A stretch of DNA of 42,754 nucleotides from a virus (Duplodnaviria > Caudoviricetes): the IMG/VR virus record IMGVR_UViG_3300048854_000104, positions 1 to 42,754 of that record; one strand, written 5' to 3'. The translations under genes and the position numbers were made by a program. Under the pieces are notes generated by a model. The model did not search any database. It had not been told where the DNA came from and worked only from the letters and a program-made list of their open reading frames with translations. Positions 42,071-42,754 of the stretch are shown one piece after another (position 1 is the stretch's first letter; the number at the start of each line of letters is the position of its first letter).

Positions 42071-42082
42071 TGACGTGCGTCT

Positions 42083-42562
42083 TCAGATCCCCCAGAACGA
42101 GCAAAGCATCCAGCCGGGTCGCTCCTGCTTCGGTGTGAGGCCGAGGACTTCGAGCGCGGCCCGCAGCTTCGCGTCCGCGTCTGCCTGCTGCACCTCGGCC
42201 GTCAGCTCGGTGAAGTCGATGGGCTCAACGTCGCCTCGGTGCGCGGTGATCCCCTTGGCGATCAGCAGGTGTCCGGGGTAGCTGCCGGAGCAGTGGGTCT
42301 CGAACTTGACGCCGAGCTGCGCCTTGGCCTTCCGCTCCCGCTCGTGGAAGCCTTCGCTGCCGGGCTTCCACGTCTCGGTGAACCCAACGAGCTGAGCAAG
42401 CAGGAGCTGTTCGGCGTCGCCCTGGAAGTCCTCGCCGTCCTCGTCGTACCAGGGGAGTTCGGGCAGCTCGTCGTACTCGCCGAGGCCTTGGAGTTCCCAG
42501 CCGCCGTCACCGCCGCCGAGGTGGTAGCCGTAGACGAGCAGGGCGTCTGTGGACTGTCCCAT
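42083..42562 (-). CDS. Hypothetical protein (159 aa)
   Basis: MGQSTDALLVYGYHLGG...WMLCSFWGI; AAGGAG RBS; last gene of the early operon. Confidence 0.85.
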   Translation of the reverse strand: MGQSTDALLVYGYHLGGGDGGWELQGLGEYDELPELPWYDEDGEDFQGDAEQLLLAQLVGFTETWKPGSEGFHERERKAKAQLGVKFETHCSGSYPGHLLIAKGITAHRGDVEPIDFTELTAEVQQADADAKLRAALEVLGLTPKQERPGWMLCSFWGI

Positions 42563-42564
42563 GG

Positions 42565-42754
42565 TCAGTTCTCCTTCGTGGTGGGCTCGGTGCCGTCCAG
42601 GGCAGCGAGGACGCGGTTGATTGCCGCGCGCATCCCGTCGTCCTCGGCAACGTGCAGTTCCTGTGCCATGGCGCGGACCTCGGCGCGCACGCGCTCGATG
42701 GCGGCCTGCGCCTCCCGCGCCTCCCCCTCGGCCTTCGTCACCGTGGCGAGCATC
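42565..42754 (-). CDS. 3' end of the junction-spanning coiled-coil protein
   Basis: MLATVTKAEGEAREAQAAIERVRAEV...TTKEN* is in frame with 1..1134. Confidence 0.8.
   Translation of the reverse strand, partial: MLATVTKAEGEAREAQAAIERVRAEVRAMAQELHVAEDDGMRAAINRVLAALDGTEPTTKEN
42628..42754. repeat. 127-bp terminal overlap, copy of 1-127
   Basis: Identical to the first 127 nt. Confidence 0.97.

Larger units (their letters stand above)
1..42754. mobile_element. Complete temperate actinophage genome (siphovirus-type), circular/excised form, 42,627 bp unique
   Basis: Terminase, portal, protease, capsid, tail, lysis, integrase, repressor and replication genes are all present. attP is intact, the ends overlap by 127 bp, and there are no host housekeeping genes. 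Confidence 0.95.

Noticed and set aside
42628-42754. Biological direct terminal repeat of the virion DNA
   Set aside because: 127 bp equals a common assembler k-mer length, and the repeat falls mid-gene, far from terS. It is best read as an assembly overlap.
1-42754. Phage-plasmid, diversity-generating retroelement, retron or conjugative element
   Set aside because: No ParA/ParB, reverse transcriptase, TR/VR pair, relaxase or TraB/FtsK was recognised.

Overview
The window looks like a complete, circularly assembled genome of a temperate, long-tailed actinophage. The host is most likely Streptomyces, judged from very high GC, a WhiB protein, GntR/UTRA and RHH modules, and an actinobacterial tRNA-Arg attP. 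Bases 1-127 are identical to 42628-42754, so the unique length is 42,627 bp and one gene runs across the junction. The attP (3' half of a tRNA-Arg(CCT), flanked by arm-type repeats) is intact just downstream of a tyrosine integrase, so this is the excised or virion form. Layout: (i) a leftward early operon (cro, xis-like, Rad52-like annealase, Gam-like, RusA-like, m5C and m6A methyltransferases, iteron-containing replication initiator, WhiB, HNH); (ii) rightward repressor, two small ORFs, integrase and attP; (iii) an XRE / GntR / Zn-finger accessory cassette; (iv) a leftward late operon from terminase to lysis genes and a collagen-like fibre; (v) an RHH-regulated membrane-protein cassette. Main observations: a stand-alone 78-aa copy of the integrase's own N-terminal arm-binding domain directly upstream of int; a split C5 methyltransferase with its second subunit nested out of frame; a promoter-to-terminator non-coding unit beside attP with three crossing helices; a 19-bp motif shared by the two late promoters; and a TTA (bldA-type) codon at the head of a small operon. 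All functional calls come from motif recognition by eye; no searches were run.
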